Assembly (NCBI GenBank): GCA_965225855.1
Contig: CBDDCK010000005.1
Span: 1,408,001 to 1,472,000 of the forward strand
Reading direction: 5' to 3'
DNA: 64,000 nucleotides
DNA from: Spirochaetia bacterium
GTDB lineage: Bacteria; Spirochaetota; Spirochaetia; SP-2023
Position numbers and translations under genes: made by a program. Below are positions 50,593 to 61,062 of the stretch, in pieces. The first letter of the stretch is position 1, and each line of letters starts with the position of its first letter. The notes beneath the pieces were generated by a model. That model was not told where the DNA came from. It made no database searches and saw nothing but the letters and a program-made list of their open reading frames with translations.

Positions 50593-53529
50593 TTACTCAA
50601 ATTCTGCCACTTGCCAATTATCCCTATTATAAGGGTCGCCCTGAATGGAAATTATCTTGCCGGCAGGGTATTTTGTTTTTTGCAGGGTATCATCATTGCC
50701 ATGTAACGTAATATGGTACTGCAATATTCGGTCTCTATCCGGTTCTTTGGTGTAATCAATACCAAAATTATTTTCTATATTAAATTGGCCAGTGGGGTCA
50801 ACACCCGTGCCAATTATGGCCGGAATATCGGCATTGGAAATCGGTATATCCGATACCTGAAACTCCCCAGTAGAATCAAAATCTTTGACCATCATCAAAG
50901 CATATAAGGCCCAATCATTCCAATCTTTTTCTGCTCCACCGTGATCGGAAGCCACAATAATTTTGGTTTGGTTGTATATGTTGTTATGCCGCAAGGCCTG
51001 AACTAATTCCACTACTTTTTGCATGGTATATTTTGCCGTCAATTTTTTAGCAGTATCCGAGTATTGGCTAAACCCTTTTCTTAGGTCTTGAGAAGTAATC
51101 CATTGACCATCTTTGTTGATATGGAATGGGTTATGCGTAAAACTTGTCCACAGATATTTAAAAGTGGGGCGGAGACTATCATAGCTCAAGTTGTTTGCCA
51201 TATTTTCAAACATTATATATTGTTTATAATGTCCATACCGATCATCAACTTTGTAATTCGGAATAAACTTACTCCATAGCCCACCGTTATATATTTTTCT
51301 CTTCAAAGCAATAGGGGAAAATTTAAACAAGGAAAGATTAAATAAAAATTGATAGTTTAAAAAAGGTTCGTAAAAATTATAAATATCTGGAAATACAAAT
51401 CTGCTAAATGATTGCTTTAAATACATTTTAAACAGATTCATATCTCCATGAGCAAGCGAACCCGATAGCTCATAGCCGTAAGTTCCAATAATATTATATA
51501 AGTTTGCCCAATTTTGATTAATCAATTCTTTAACTGTAATATCATCGGCATTTTGATTTATTTTAGAAATTCTATAATCTGGCCCCGCGAGCATTGCATT
51601 GATACTGTTCATCGTAGCACTTCCGCTAGAAACGGTATTTTTATACCAAACAAACCCATCTAAATTTTTCTCTATTTCTGGGTTTAGTATATCCTCTAAC
51701 ATATTGGCAGCAAACGCATCAAAAATCAAAACCAAAATATTCTTTTCTTTAGAAAAATTAAATACTTCATAATTGTCTGCAAAATAATTGGCTATCGTTT
51801 TATCTAGTGAATTTTGTTGTTCACTCGCTACAATCTCTTGCGGGGCAAAAGATTTTTTGATTTCGTCAATATTTTGTAGCCATACATTGGCCAGTAATAC
51901 CAAACCAATAGAACCAATAGTCAATGATATATGGCGGGAAAATTTCGCAACAAAACCCCCGAATCGAATGAACAACAAAAAAGCAACACACAATAAAATA
52001 AGCTCCAAAATCAATGTAGATTTTGGCAATTCAGTCAATGCTTTTTCATTGACAAAGCGCAACCCTCGAATAATGCCTAAATCTAGCTGGTAAATATAGC
52101 CATAAAAGAAATTCACCATGGTAATAAATACAATGGCAATCAAACAAAAATTTTTAATATGCTTTTTCATAGATGATGCGCCCAACCACCATTTACTGAT
52201 ATATCTGGATAGCAATATGGTTATGGAAATACAGCTTATAAAATACAATACAACAATATGAAATTCTATTTGGCCAAAATCCAAAGGTGCTTTGAAATAT
52301 ATGATTGCTGGGGTATATAAAAATATTTGTAGCAAAAATACCCCGATAATATAACAACCGCCTTTTATTTCAAATGAAAGCAAAGACTTTATAGTATCTC
52401 TGAATTGATAAAATAACCGGTAGGCAATACTGGGGGGTATTAATATATTTCTTATTAGCAATAAAGCCAATATTTGGCTGAATACTAAGCTAGGTATATC
52501 ATTGGTTAATGTAAATAAAGCCAAGCCAAATAGTTTATGCAAATGAAATGCTACTAAATTGAACAGCAAAATAATGGCTATAGATAATTGAAAAACTTTA
52601 ACCACTTGTATTTGGCCAAAGTTCTGTGTAAGTATTTTCTTTAATTGTGCACGATATTGGTATAAAATTATTACAATTAAAGCATCTAATACCAATAAAT
52701 TGAATTTCATTAGTTTATGGGCATAGAGTCGGTCTTCCATCAGGCCGTATAAAGCCAATAAAATACCAGACAAAACCACTGTTATCGGTAAACAAAATCT
52801 ATGGCTGACGACATTGGCACAAAACTTACCCCAGAATCTAAAACTAAAAATTTGCTTTTCTTTAGTAATGGCTGTAATAATCGCCCTACTCTGCCAATAA
52901 TTCTTTGCCAGTGAAAATAGATTATTACAAGTCCAATACAACAACAGTGCCGAGCTTTTATTATATAGTAACATCAAAAATAACATTGGCAAAAGCAATT
53001 GAGATACCATTGCAGAGCGGTCTACATTGTTTTTGGGGAGTAAATAGAAACCGGCCGATAGCAAATTTACCAAAGTCATGAATAGCGGTAAAAAGTTATA
53101 GCCTTTCAGTAAAGCATCTGGAGTGGCTAAATCTTTAATTATTAGGAAACTTTGGCCCGAAAAATCGCTAAAGCTGCCCAGCATAAAGTAGGCTGCTAAA
53201 AAAAATGGCAATTGAATCAACAGGCCAATTAAACTGCGTAAAGATTTTATCGGATTATAGCCGTATCTACGGTAGATTTCCTTAGTGCAATAAAATTTCT
53301 TTTGGGCATTGGCTAAACGGCTAATTGAATCCAAAGCCCAGCGCATGGCATTTTTTTCGTCTAAATCTTTTTGCTGTAATTTGTCGGCCCATAGTTGCAA
53401 TGGCAGTAATACAATGCTAACCAAAATGGCAAGGAAAATAATAGCTAGCCCATAATTTTGGGTTAGCGTATAAAATGTTTCTAAAACAAACTGGAATGAA
53501 TAGCTTAAAGGGAGAATGAGTAACTGCAT
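50593..53529 (-). CDS. YidC/Oxa1-like domain fused to a multi-TM region and an alkaline-phosphatase/sulfatase-like domain
   Basis: NYGLAII, LLIQLPFF, LLYWTCNNLFS; C-terminal ILVLIFDAF, T.S.G..T, HNPF, IIVASDHG, ISNADIP. Confidence 0.8.
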   Translation of the reverse strand: MQLLILPLSYSFQFVLETFYTLTQNYGLAIIFLAILVSIVLLPLQLWADKLQQKDLDEKNAMRWALDSISRLANAQKKFYCTKEIYRRYGYNPIKSLRSLIGLLIQLPFFLAAYFMLGSFSDFSGQSFLIIKDLATPDALLKGYNFLPLFMTLVNLLSAGFYLLPKNNVDRSAMVSQLLLPMLFLMLLYNKSSALLLYWTCNNLFSLAKNYWQSRAIITAITKEKQIFSFRFWGKFCANVVSHRFCLPITVVLSGILLALYGLMEDRLYAHKLMKFNLLVLDALIVIILYQYRAQLKKILTQNFGQIQVVKVFQLSIAIILLFNLVAFHLHKLFGLALFTLTNDIPSLVFSQILALLLIRNILIPPSIAYRLFYQFRDTIKSLLSFEIKGGCYIIGVFLLQIFLYTPAIIYFKAPLDFGQIEFHIVVLYFISCISITILLSRYISKWWLGASSMKKHIKNFCLIAIVFITMVNFFYGYIYQLDLGIIRGLRFVNEKALTELPKSTLILELILLCVAFLLFIRFGGFVAKFSRHISLTIGSIGLVLLANVWLQNIDEIKKSFAPQEIVASEQQNSLDKTIANYFADNYEVFNFSKEKNILVLIFDAFAANMLEDILNPEIEKNLDGFVWYKNTVSSGSATMNSINAMLAGPDYRISKINQNADDITVKELINQNWANLYNIIGTYGYELSGSLAHGDMNLFKMYLKQSFSRFVFPDIYNFYEPFLNYQFLFNLSLFKFSPIALKRKIYNGGLWSKFIPNYKVDDRYGHYKQYIMFENMANNLSYDSLRPTFKYLWTSFTHNPFHINKDGQWITSQDLRKGFSQYSDTAKKLTAKYTMQKVVELVQALRHNNIYNQTKIIVASDHGGAEKDWNDWALYALMMVKDFDSTGEFQVSDIPISNADIPAIIGTGVDPTGQFNIENNFGIDYTKEPDRDRILQYHITLHGNDDTLQKTKYPAGKIISIQGDPYNRDNWQVAEFE

Positions 53530-53538
53530 AGAATGAGA

Positions 53539-53568
53539 ATAATATAAAAAGAAACCTTATCTTGTCAA
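53539..53568 (-). promoter_or_regulatory. Promoter immediately upstream of the YidC fusion
   Basis: TTGACA-16/18 nt-TATATT/TATTAT, ~10 nt before the ATG; no SD seen. Confidence 0.55.
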
Positions 53569-53727
53569 ACAGATTCCATATTTATAGTTTATTAAAATAT
53601 TTCTATGAGAATTTTTGATAATGTTTGCAAACCTGGATACAAGTTCATAAACTGAAATTTAGCTTCAAAAATATAAACTTTTTTTATGATATTTGTGTTT
53701 TTTATTACACAACCGCTACCGATCCCA

Positions 53728-54747
53728 CTATTCTGCTCCAATTGCCAAGAAATTATAGATAGACTCTAAAATGGGTACACCCTCTTTCTCGCTTTTCTGC
53801 AGACAGGACCATTCTGGTTCTCCAGGAATCATAACTTGCTTAGATTCCAGAGTAACTTCTACATTTTTAAGCCTGTCGATCATTTCTGAGATATGGCCTT
53901 CAAATTGACCTTCTGGCAAATAAATATCTGATTTCATTAGTAATATATGTAGAGATAAATTGCGAAATTGATCGATTTCCGTATACATTGGCACAACATC
54001 AGGACCAAAAGCCCCTCCCGTTAAAATGGCAGTAAAGGTTTCTACTAAAAAAGCTAAAGCATAGCCTTTATGCCCAGCCATAGGCAGTAAAGAAACCGCA
54101 CTATTGGGATTATTTGTTGGCATTCCCTGTGAGTCTACGGCCCATTCTGAAGGAATGGTATTTTCCTGTTTTTGAGCTATAATAATTTTGCCAAAGGCTC
54201 CTGCAGAAGTTGCCATATCTATAATCACAGGATTCTTTTTATTTGATGTAGGAAAGCAAAAACCAAGAGGGTTAGTACCAAAAAAAGGTTTTTTACCGCC
54301 AGTCGGCACTACAATTGCATCAGTATTAGCCATTACTATACCTATATAACCCTCTAAGGCAATAGCGCGCAAATAATAAGACAGCGCCCCACAATGGCTA
54401 GAATTTTGGACATTGATTGCGGCAATGCCAAATTGATTTGCAAGTTCTACGCTTTTACCAACGGCTTTTTCGGTAGCTACATGTCCCCAACCACCAGCAG
54501 CATCTAGCAACATTGCCCAAGGATATTTTGCCGGGGAAATAGTATAGTCCGAATATAAATTGAGCCCCCCTTGCTCCAATCTCTGTAAATAATGTGGCAA
54601 CCGAATAGTACCATGGGAACTAATTCCCGCAGCATCGGCATAGATGAGTACACGAGCTATAGTTTCGGCCTGGGCCCGCTCAACTCCATGCTCGAATAAC
54701 TTGGCAGTAATTCGTTCAAGTAAAATAGACTCTGATACGCGCTTCAT
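53728..54747 (-). CDS. Ldh_2 family oxidoreductase (AllD/YjmC-like)
   Basis: GISSHG..RL, NSSHCGAL, GTNPL, IDMATS, GHKGYAL, IPGE. Confidence 0.9.
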   Translation of the reverse strand: MKRVSESILLERITAKLFEHGVERAQAETIARVLIYADAAGISSHGTIRLPHYLQRLEQGGLNLYSDYTISPAKYPWAMLLDAAGGWGHVATEKAVGKSVELANQFGIAAINVQNSSHCGALSYYLRAIALEGYIGIVMANTDAIVVPTGGKKPFFGTNPLGFCFPTSNKKNPVIIDMATSAGAFGKIIIAQKQENTIPSEWAVDSQGMPTNNPNSAVSLLPMAGHKGYALAFLVETFTAILTGGAFGPDVVPMYTEIDQFRNLSLHILLMKSDIYLPEGQFEGHISEMIDRLKNVEVTLESKQVMIPGEPEWSCLQKSEKEGVPILESIYNFLAIGAE

Positions 54748-54787
54748 TTTTCAGCTGTATTCCTTAAAAAATAAATTTAGAAGAAGG

Positions 54788-55816
54788 CTATGAAGATGAA
54801 CCTAATTCAATGACAACTTTTCTAATACCTTCTGTTTGAGATTCAACCAATGCTATCGCTTGTGAAAATTCATCAATGGGAAATTTATGACTGATCAGTT
54901 TTTGGGGGTGAAGACGTCTTTGCTGTAGTAAATTCAGTACATTATTAAACTTTTGATTGTTGAGCCGAGAACCACAGATAGTTAATTCTTTTTTGACAAT
55001 ATTGAGCTCCGCTATGGGAATGGTTTCCGTTAAAAAACCTAATAGGCCAATGTTACCACCAAAACTAGCCGATTCCAAAATAGTTGGCAACAAAGACGGA
55101 GCACAAGCTGCATCAACAATAAAAGGAAAACCAGCACCACCGGTAATCTTCTCAACTTTAGTGCTTACATCTTCATGTTCGCTATTGATAATATTTTTAG
55201 CACCTATAGATTGAGCAAAATGTAATTTATGATCGACAATATCCACAACAGTTACTTTCGCATCTAAGGCTAATGCATAGTCCAGTAAAAACAACCCAAT
55301 AACCCCACCACTAAAGATTAGCAAAGGCTCTCCCGCGATAAAGCCAATCCGTGAAAGTACGTTAGCAGCAATGGAATAAGGCTCGACTGCCGATACCATC
55401 GAAAAATCTAATTCCTTGGGAAAATGCAAAGCATTCTTGGATTCTACCTCCACATACTCGCTAAGACCACCGTCCAAATGAACACCTAGAACTTTTAAGT
55501 TTAGACAAATATTATATCTCCCAGCCTGACACAATTGACACTCTCCACAGCTTACAGCCGGGTTAATGCATACACGATCACCTTCGCTAAATTCATTAAC
55601 CAAACGACCAACCTGAACAACAATACCTCCAAATTCATGCCCAATAATTCTAGGATAACTGGCAAAAGGATTTAAACCATGGATTATATGTAAATCAGAA
55701 CCACAAATACCAACTCTATTCGTTTGAATTAATAGGGAATGAGCACCGATTTTCTGCGGCTTAGGGACTTCTTTTATTACAAATTCGTTTTTAGCCAAAA
55801 CTTGTACTTGCTTCAT
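54788..55816 (-). CDS. Zinc-dependent sugar-acid dehydrogenase (RspB/YjmD-like)
   Basis: GICGSDLH, GHEFGG, CGECQLC...NIC, GSRL. Confidence 0.9.
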   Translation of the reverse strand: MKQVQVLAKNEFVIKEVPKPQKIGAHSLLIQTNRVGICGSDLHIIHGLNPFASYPRIIGHEFGGIVVQVGRLVNEFSEGDRVCINPAVSCGECQLCQAGRYNICLNLKVLGVHLDGGLSEYVEVESKNALHFPKELDFSMVSAVEPYSIAANVLSRIGFIAGEPLLIFSGGVIGLFLLDYALALDAKVTVVDIVDHKLHFAQSIGAKNIINSEHEDVSTKVEKITGGAGFPFIVDAACAPSLLPTILESASFGGNIGLLGFLTETIPIAELNIVKKELTICGSRLNNQKFNNVLNLLQQRRLHPQKLISHKFPIDEFSQAIALVESQTEGIRKVVIELGSSS

Positions 55817-55821
55817 AATTT

Positions 55822-57102
55822 TTATTCCTTGCCAATAAAACTCGGTAACCACAACGAAAGCTGCGGTATATAAGTTATCAAAAACAGAACCAAAATATTA
55901 CACAATAGAAAAGGCAGAATTGCTTTAGTAATTTGCCAAACCTTCAGCTGACCGATATTACAGGCGATAAATAAGCAAACACCAACCGGTGGAGTTGTAA
56001 GACCAATAACCAGATTAAGAACCACAATAATACCAAAATGAACAGGCTCAACCCCCAAGGGGACGACTACAGATAGTAAGGTCGGAAACAAAATAACTAA
56101 AGCAGCGATAGTTTCCATAAAAGTCCCCACAAACAGCAGTAGCAGATTAATGAAAAGCAACATGAGATATGGGTTGGTAGTTAAAGAAAGCATCCAAGCT
56201 GCAATAGCTTGGGGGATTTTTTCGCTCGTCAGCACCCAACCAAAAACGTTAGCCATACCAACTAAGCCCATTAACGCAGCGGTAGCTTTTATAGTATCGA
56301 GTAAAACTGGAGAAATATTCCGAATTTTTAAACCCTTATAAAAAAAGGCCGCAATAAAAAAAGCATAAATGCTAGCTACAATGGAAGCTTCGGTAGGAGT
56401 AAACAAACTACCTAAAATACCAAACAAAATTAATAATGTAAGTAGCAGAGCTGGAATAGCATAAAAGAATGATTGCTTTAGTTTTTTAAATCCTTGCCAG
56501 GGCTCTCTAGGGTGTTTCTTTACCACTGCGAGCATAGAAGCAGTAAGCATCATTGCCAACCCCAATAAGATTCCGGGCACTGCCCCTGCAACAAATAATT
56601 TACCAACGGAAACCCCGGTTAAGGTTCCTACAATAATCATGGGCAGACTAGGCGGAATGATAGGCCCTACAGTCGAAGAAGCCGCAGTAACGGCCGCAGC
56701 AAAGGGTTTATCGTAACCTTTCGCATACATTCCGGGAATCATTACCGCACCTATACTAGCGGTATCTGCAGCAGCAGTACCGGATATACCACCAAACAGC
56801 ATAGAACCAGCGATATTGGCCAACGATAGTCCCCCGCGAATGCGACCAAATAGCAAGCTGCTAAAATGAACAACAGCATGGGTTACATTACCTTGATTCA
56901 TAAGATTGCCAGCCAAAAGAAACCCAGGAATACATAGTAAAGTAAATTTATCGATTCCGGCATAAAAATTCTGTGCCAGGGCTGCCAATGGTATTCCTTC
57001 CAATACTGCATAAAACAGACTCGCAATACCTAGAGCAAAAGCAATAGGTATACCAGCAAACAAAGCAATAAAAAAGATACCAAAAAGCAGGGCTATTCCC
57101 AT
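55822..57102 (-). CDS. TRAP transporter large permease (DctM)
   Basis: GGISGTAAAD, IIPPS, GLTTPPVGVCLF. Confidence 0.95.
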   Translation of the reverse strand: MGIALLFGIFFIALFAGIPIAFALGIASLFYAVLEGIPLAALAQNFYAGIDKFTLLCIPGFLLAGNLMNQGNVTHAVVHFSSLLFGRIRGGLSLANIAGSMLFGGISGTAAADTASIGAVMIPGMYAKGYDKPFAAAVTAASSTVGPIIPPSLPMIIVGTLTGVSVGKLFVAGAVPGILLGLAMMLTASMLAVVKKHPREPWQGFKKLKQSFFYAIPALLLTLLILFGILGSLFTPTEASIVASIYAFFIAAFFYKGLKIRNISPVLLDTIKATAALMGLVGMANVFGWVLTSEKIPQAIAAWMLSLTTNPYLMLLFINLLLLFVGTFMETIAALVILFPTLLSVVVPLGVEPVHFGIIVVLNLVIGLTTPPVGVCLFIACNIGQLKVWQITKAILPFLLCNILVLFLITYIPQLSLWLPSFIGKE

Positions 57103-57137
57103 AAATTTCTCGCAGTTCTTAACTTATGTGGCTTACA

Positions 57138-57641
57138 TCAACTGTTTGTTTTCCGGCTTGTGGATACAATAGAAGTAATAATTTCCAAACTACAAAATAA
57201 AGACATGGCCAAAACAAAAGCAAAAATAATACCAAAAGGTATCCTCAATGAAGGGGAAGTGCTACGAAAGCCAATCATTACAAAGTAATATGCCCCAATA
57301 CCGAATAAAATAAAGAAGAAAAGAAGAATACACCGTAATATCAAAAAATAATAAGAGAATTTTTTTGATGTATGTTTGTTATTGCTTTTACTCAGGGCTT
57401 CAGAAACAAATTCTACCCGAACAAAGCCATCTTCTGCCATAACCAGAACCATGCCCAAATTAACCATAGCTATAAATAAAAAACGCGACATCTCTTCAGT
57501 CCATGGTAATAAAGGGACCCAATAAAATAGGGTAAATTGAGACAGATAGCGAGTAACGACCTGTAACAATACCACTAGAATCAAAGCATATAGCTGCGCA
57601 ATACAAATATTTTGCCACAACTTACGCAGCCTCACCATCAT
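57138..57641 (-). CDS. TRAP transporter small permease (DctQ)
   Basis: QVVTRY, WTEEMSR, SPSLRIP. Confidence 0.9.
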   Translation of the reverse strand: MMVRLRKLWQNICIAQLYALILVVLLQVVTRYLSQFTLFYWVPLLPWTEEMSRFLFIAMVNLGMVLVMAEDGFVRVEFVSEALSKSNNKHTSKKFSYYFLILRCILLFFFILFGIGAYYFVMIGFRSTSPSLRIPFGIIFAFVLAMSLFCSLEIITSIVSTSRKTNS

Positions 57642-57645
57642 AATA

Positions 57646-58641
57646 CTAGCGCATATTCCTTATTGTCTCAAATAAGGCTTTCTGTTCGGGAGTAAGACTT
57701 GCTGTAATAGCAGGCCCTGCCAAATCCTGAAATGCTTTTTGATCTACCGAAATAAATTCCATACCCTTGGTCTGTAGCTCTGCTTTTAAAGAATTGACTG
57801 ATTTGTCAAAAAGTGGACGATAAAAATCTTGAGCCTCTTTTCCAGCCTCGATAATAGCTTGCTGATATTCAGGAGACAAACTCTTGTACTGTTTTTCACC
57901 AAGCCATAAGGACATCCAACCACGAACATGTTCCGTCTCGTTGACATATTTTTGCACTTCGTAAAAAGAAGCACTTTTAATCAAATCAAGTGGATTTTCC
58001 TGGGCCTCAATAGTTCCCTGTTGTAACGAAGTAAAAACTTCACTAAAAGCCATTGTAGTAGGCTTAGCACCCATGGCCTTCCAAGCCGTTACAAACAGGG
58101 GAACATTAGGAACTCTCATTACAAGATTGTTTAAATCCTGTGGCGAGCGAATAGGTCGATTGCTCGTTAAATTGCGAGGCGCCCTTTCAAACCAAGCAAT
58201 ATGGACTAAGCCAACTTTCTCCCGTACTTGGCTCATAATCGCCTCGCCAACTTTGCCTTCCACAATGGCCTTCATGTCCTGTGATGAAGAAATAGCGTAA
58301 GGCGTGGCAATCAAAGCGGCCAACGGAGCCCAATTTTGTAAAGATTCTCCAGACAAAACCATATCTGCCGACCCTAAGCCAATGGCATTAATATTATCCA
58401 ATTCATTACCCAGCTCTTCATTGGGATAAATAGTGATCTGAACTTTTCCTTGTGTCTTTTGTTGCACACGCTCTGCAAAGTACACCAATGATTTGTGCCA
58501 ATCATGCTCAGTATTGGCTAAATGCCCGAGTTTCAATTCAACCGGCTTTTCAGTTCCGGAACTACTTCCTCTTGCAAATAAACTTACTACGCTAAAAAAC
58601 AGCAAAGTTATGCTCAAGACTATATTAAAGATTTTTTTCAT
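57646..58641 (-). CDS. TRAP substrate-binding protein (DctP)
   Basis: YPNEELG, MRVP, MAFSEVFTSLQQGTIEAQENP. Confidence 0.95.
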   Translation of the reverse strand: MKKIFNIVLSITLLFFSVVSLFARGSSSGTEKPVELKLGHLANTEHDWHKSLVYFAERVQQKTQGKVQITIYPNEELGNELDNINAIGLGSADMVLSGESLQNWAPLAALIATPYAISSSQDMKAIVEGKVGEAIMSQVREKVGLVHIAWFERAPRNLTSNRPIRSPQDLNNLVMRVPNVPLFVTAWKAMGAKPTTMAFSEVFTSLQQGTIEAQENPLDLIKSASFYEVQKYVNETEHVRGWMSLWLGEKQYKSLSPEYQQAIIEAGKEAQDFYRPLFDKSVNSLKAELQTKGMEFISVDQKAFQDLAGPAITASLTPEQKALFETIRNMR

Positions 58642-58738
58642 TTTAGATTCCTCCTAAAATTTTGTTATTGTGAGTAGTATAATATATTGACTAGAGCTAA
58701 GTTGAAATTTTTATCATTTTTTACTAATTTAATTCTGA

Positions 58739-59851
58739 CTAATCCAAACGAACAGAAGTCCCTTCACTAAATCCAGAAAGTCTCACAGCCTTTTGTTCTG
58801 CCTCAATCGCCAAGCGACTCACTTCAAAAACATGCTCTTGCGGTAAAGCTTTATCTGTACCTTCCATACAATCTTTTATCAATTGACCAAAATAGGGAAA
58901 ACCAACTTTATGCCGACAATCGATTACTTTCTGTACTTGATTATTAACCAGATATAAAGAATCCGGATTTTGGCTGATACCAACATTGATATATTTGCGT
59001 GCTTCAATATAACCTTCCGTACCCAATATAAACAATCGGCCATCTCCCCAAGTTCTCAAAGCCTCTGGGGTAAACCAATCAAGACGACAATAACCAACAG
59101 AGCCGCTATTCAATTGCAAAGTAAAATCACCAAAATCTTCTAATTCAGGATGCTGCGGATTTGCAAAATTACCGACCTGACTGTAGACAACTTGACCTTT
59201 ATCCGATCCGGTATAAAAAAGCATTTGATCAATTTGATGAGAGCCAATATCACAAAGAATCCCGCCATACTGCTTTTTATTAAAAAACCATGCGGGGCGA
59301 GTTTTTACAGCTAAACGATGAGGCGCAATATTCACGACCTGAATTATCCGACCAATTGCCCCTTGCTGCAACAAATATCCGGCATAAATGGCACTTTCCA
59401 CCTGCAATCGTTCACTAAAACAAATCGACCATTTATATCCTGTTTCTAATGTCAATTTGCGGGCTACATCTAACTGCTTTAACTCGGTAAATCCGGTTTT
59501 GTCGCTCATATAGTGTTTACCATGACGCAAGGCTTGCTCTCCTATTTGCCAGCGTTCATTGGCAATAATAGAAGATAATATCATTTTAGTTTTACTACAT
59601 CCATAGATTTTCTGGGCACAATCAGCAACCTTCACTGTCGGAAAAGCCTTTTGAAATTCTATAATCTTTTCTGGATTCCGGTCCCACACCCAAAGCAAAT
59701 TGGCCCCAGCTTCTAGCATATTACCCACTATGCCATAAATATGGCCGTGATCTAAACCTATTACAGAAATAGGAAAATCCCCTTCTGCGCAAACTTTACC
59801 CAAAACTTTGCAAACAGGAGCAAAATCGCCGCCATCTTGGTTATTTACCAT
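58739..59851 (-). CDS. Gfo/Idh/MocA oxidoreductase
   Basis: GLDHGHI, GGILCDIGSHQID, DWFTP..L.TWGDGR; start MVNNQ after AAGGAG. Confidence 0.88.
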   Translation of the reverse strand: MVNNQDGGDFAPVCKVLGKVCAEGDFPISVIGLDHGHIYGIVGNMLEAGANLLWVWDRNPEKIIEFQKAFPTVKVADCAQKIYGCSKTKMILSSIIANERWQIGEQALRHGKHYMSDKTGFTELKQLDVARKLTLETGYKWSICFSERLQVESAIYAGYLLQQGAIGRIIQVVNIAPHRLAVKTRPAWFFNKKQYGGILCDIGSHQIDQMLFYTGSDKGQVVYSQVGNFANPQHPELEDFGDFTLQLNSGSVGYCRLDWFTPEALRTWGDGRLFILGTEGYIEARKYINVGISQNPDSLYLVNNQVQKVIDCRHKVGFPYFGQLIKDCMEGTDKALPQEHVFEVSRLAIEAEQKAVRLSGFSEGTSVRLD

Positions 59852-61031
59852 TATTCTCTCCTTTAAAAGATGATTGTGATTCTCTGCTGCCACCAACAAC
59901 AATGCTACCCTCTAGCGATTCCACGCTACTTGTTTTTTCATAAAAGCGAGGGGCATTATCCAAAATCCCCTGATATGTATACCAAGGATTCTGTTTATCT
60001 AACACATATGGTACGGGTTTTCTATCTACCGATATTTGGTAAGTCGCAGTAATAAATTCTATGGTTTGTTTACCTTCAAGCCCTGTTACCAAGATTGGTT
60101 CTTTACCTAAAATACCATTGAGAAAGTTCGCAATAATACCTGTATGGTGCTCCCATTTTAGCTTTGCAGCGCACTTCTTCAATGCCAAAACTTTACTCTC
60201 TAAATCTTGATCCTGTCCATAGGGAAAACCATTTGGCTGCCCAAGGGAACAGTATAAATCCCAAGGTACTGCTACTTTCCCCCTTTCACATTGGAAATAT
60301 AATTGTTGATCTTCCCCATGGCAGATAATCGAACCGGTAAGCTGAGCAATAGTATTGTTTTCAAATTGAATCAAGGCACTTACAAAGTCTTCCACTTCGG
60401 CATTATCATGTACTTGATTTGTACAAATGGCTTGTATCGTCTGAGGTCTTCCGAGAAACCATAACATCAAGTCCACATGATGCACCGCATGATTGAGCAG
60501 ACAACCACCGCCTTCCTTTTGCCATAAACCGCGCCACCAGAGATCATAATAACTATGTGCTCTCCACCAGAAAGAATCTATCCGTGCAAACAAAATTTTG
60601 CCGAGAATTTTGGTTTCTAAAACATGTTTTACTTCTTGAATATCATTGCGAAAACGATTCTGATGGCATATTCCTAAAAATCTACCACTTTCCTTTTGCG
60701 CAACAATCATTTCTTCACAGTCAGCAACACTAGGAGCCATAGGCTTTTCACAGAATACATGCACCCCGGCTTTCAGTGCAGCAATACAAATCTCTTTATG
60801 TGTAAATGGCGGGGTACAAACAGATACAACATCCAGGGAAATTTTTTCTAATAACTCTTGATACTGCAAATAAGCCGGTACAGATAATTGATTACAAGAT
60901 TGGAATTTATCTAATGCATCTTGGCGGCTATCACACACAGCAACAATTTGCGCAATATCTCTAAGCTCTTGATAAGCTTTCAAGTGACTTAAAGCAATAT
61001 TACCCATACCAATAATCGCAACTCTAAGCAT
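59841..61031 (-). CDS. Gfo/Idh/MocA oxidoreductase
   Basis: VAIIGMG, CEKPMA, GGGCLLNHAVHHVD. Confidence 0.92.
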   Translation of the reverse strand: MLRVAIIGMGNIALSHLKAYQELRDIAQIVAVCDSRQDALDKFQSCNQLSVPAYLQYQELLEKISLDVVSVCTPPFTHKEICIAALKAGVHVFCEKPMAPSVADCEEMIVAQKESGRFLGICHQNRFRNDIQEVKHVLETKILGKILFARIDSFWWRAHSYYDLWWRGLWQKEGGGCLLNHAVHHVDLMLWFLGRPQTIQAICTNQVHDNAEVEDFVSALIQFENNTIAQLTGSIICHGEDQQLYFQCERGKVAVPWDLYCSLGQPNGFPYGQDQDLESKVLALKKCAAKLKWEHHTGIIANFLNGILGKEPILVTGLEGKQTIEFITATYQISVDRKPVPYVLDKQNPWYTYQGILDNAPRFYEKTSSVESLEGSIVVGGSRESQSSFKGENNGK

Positions 61032-61062
61032 ACTACTCTCCTTAATTACTAAAAAATAAAAA

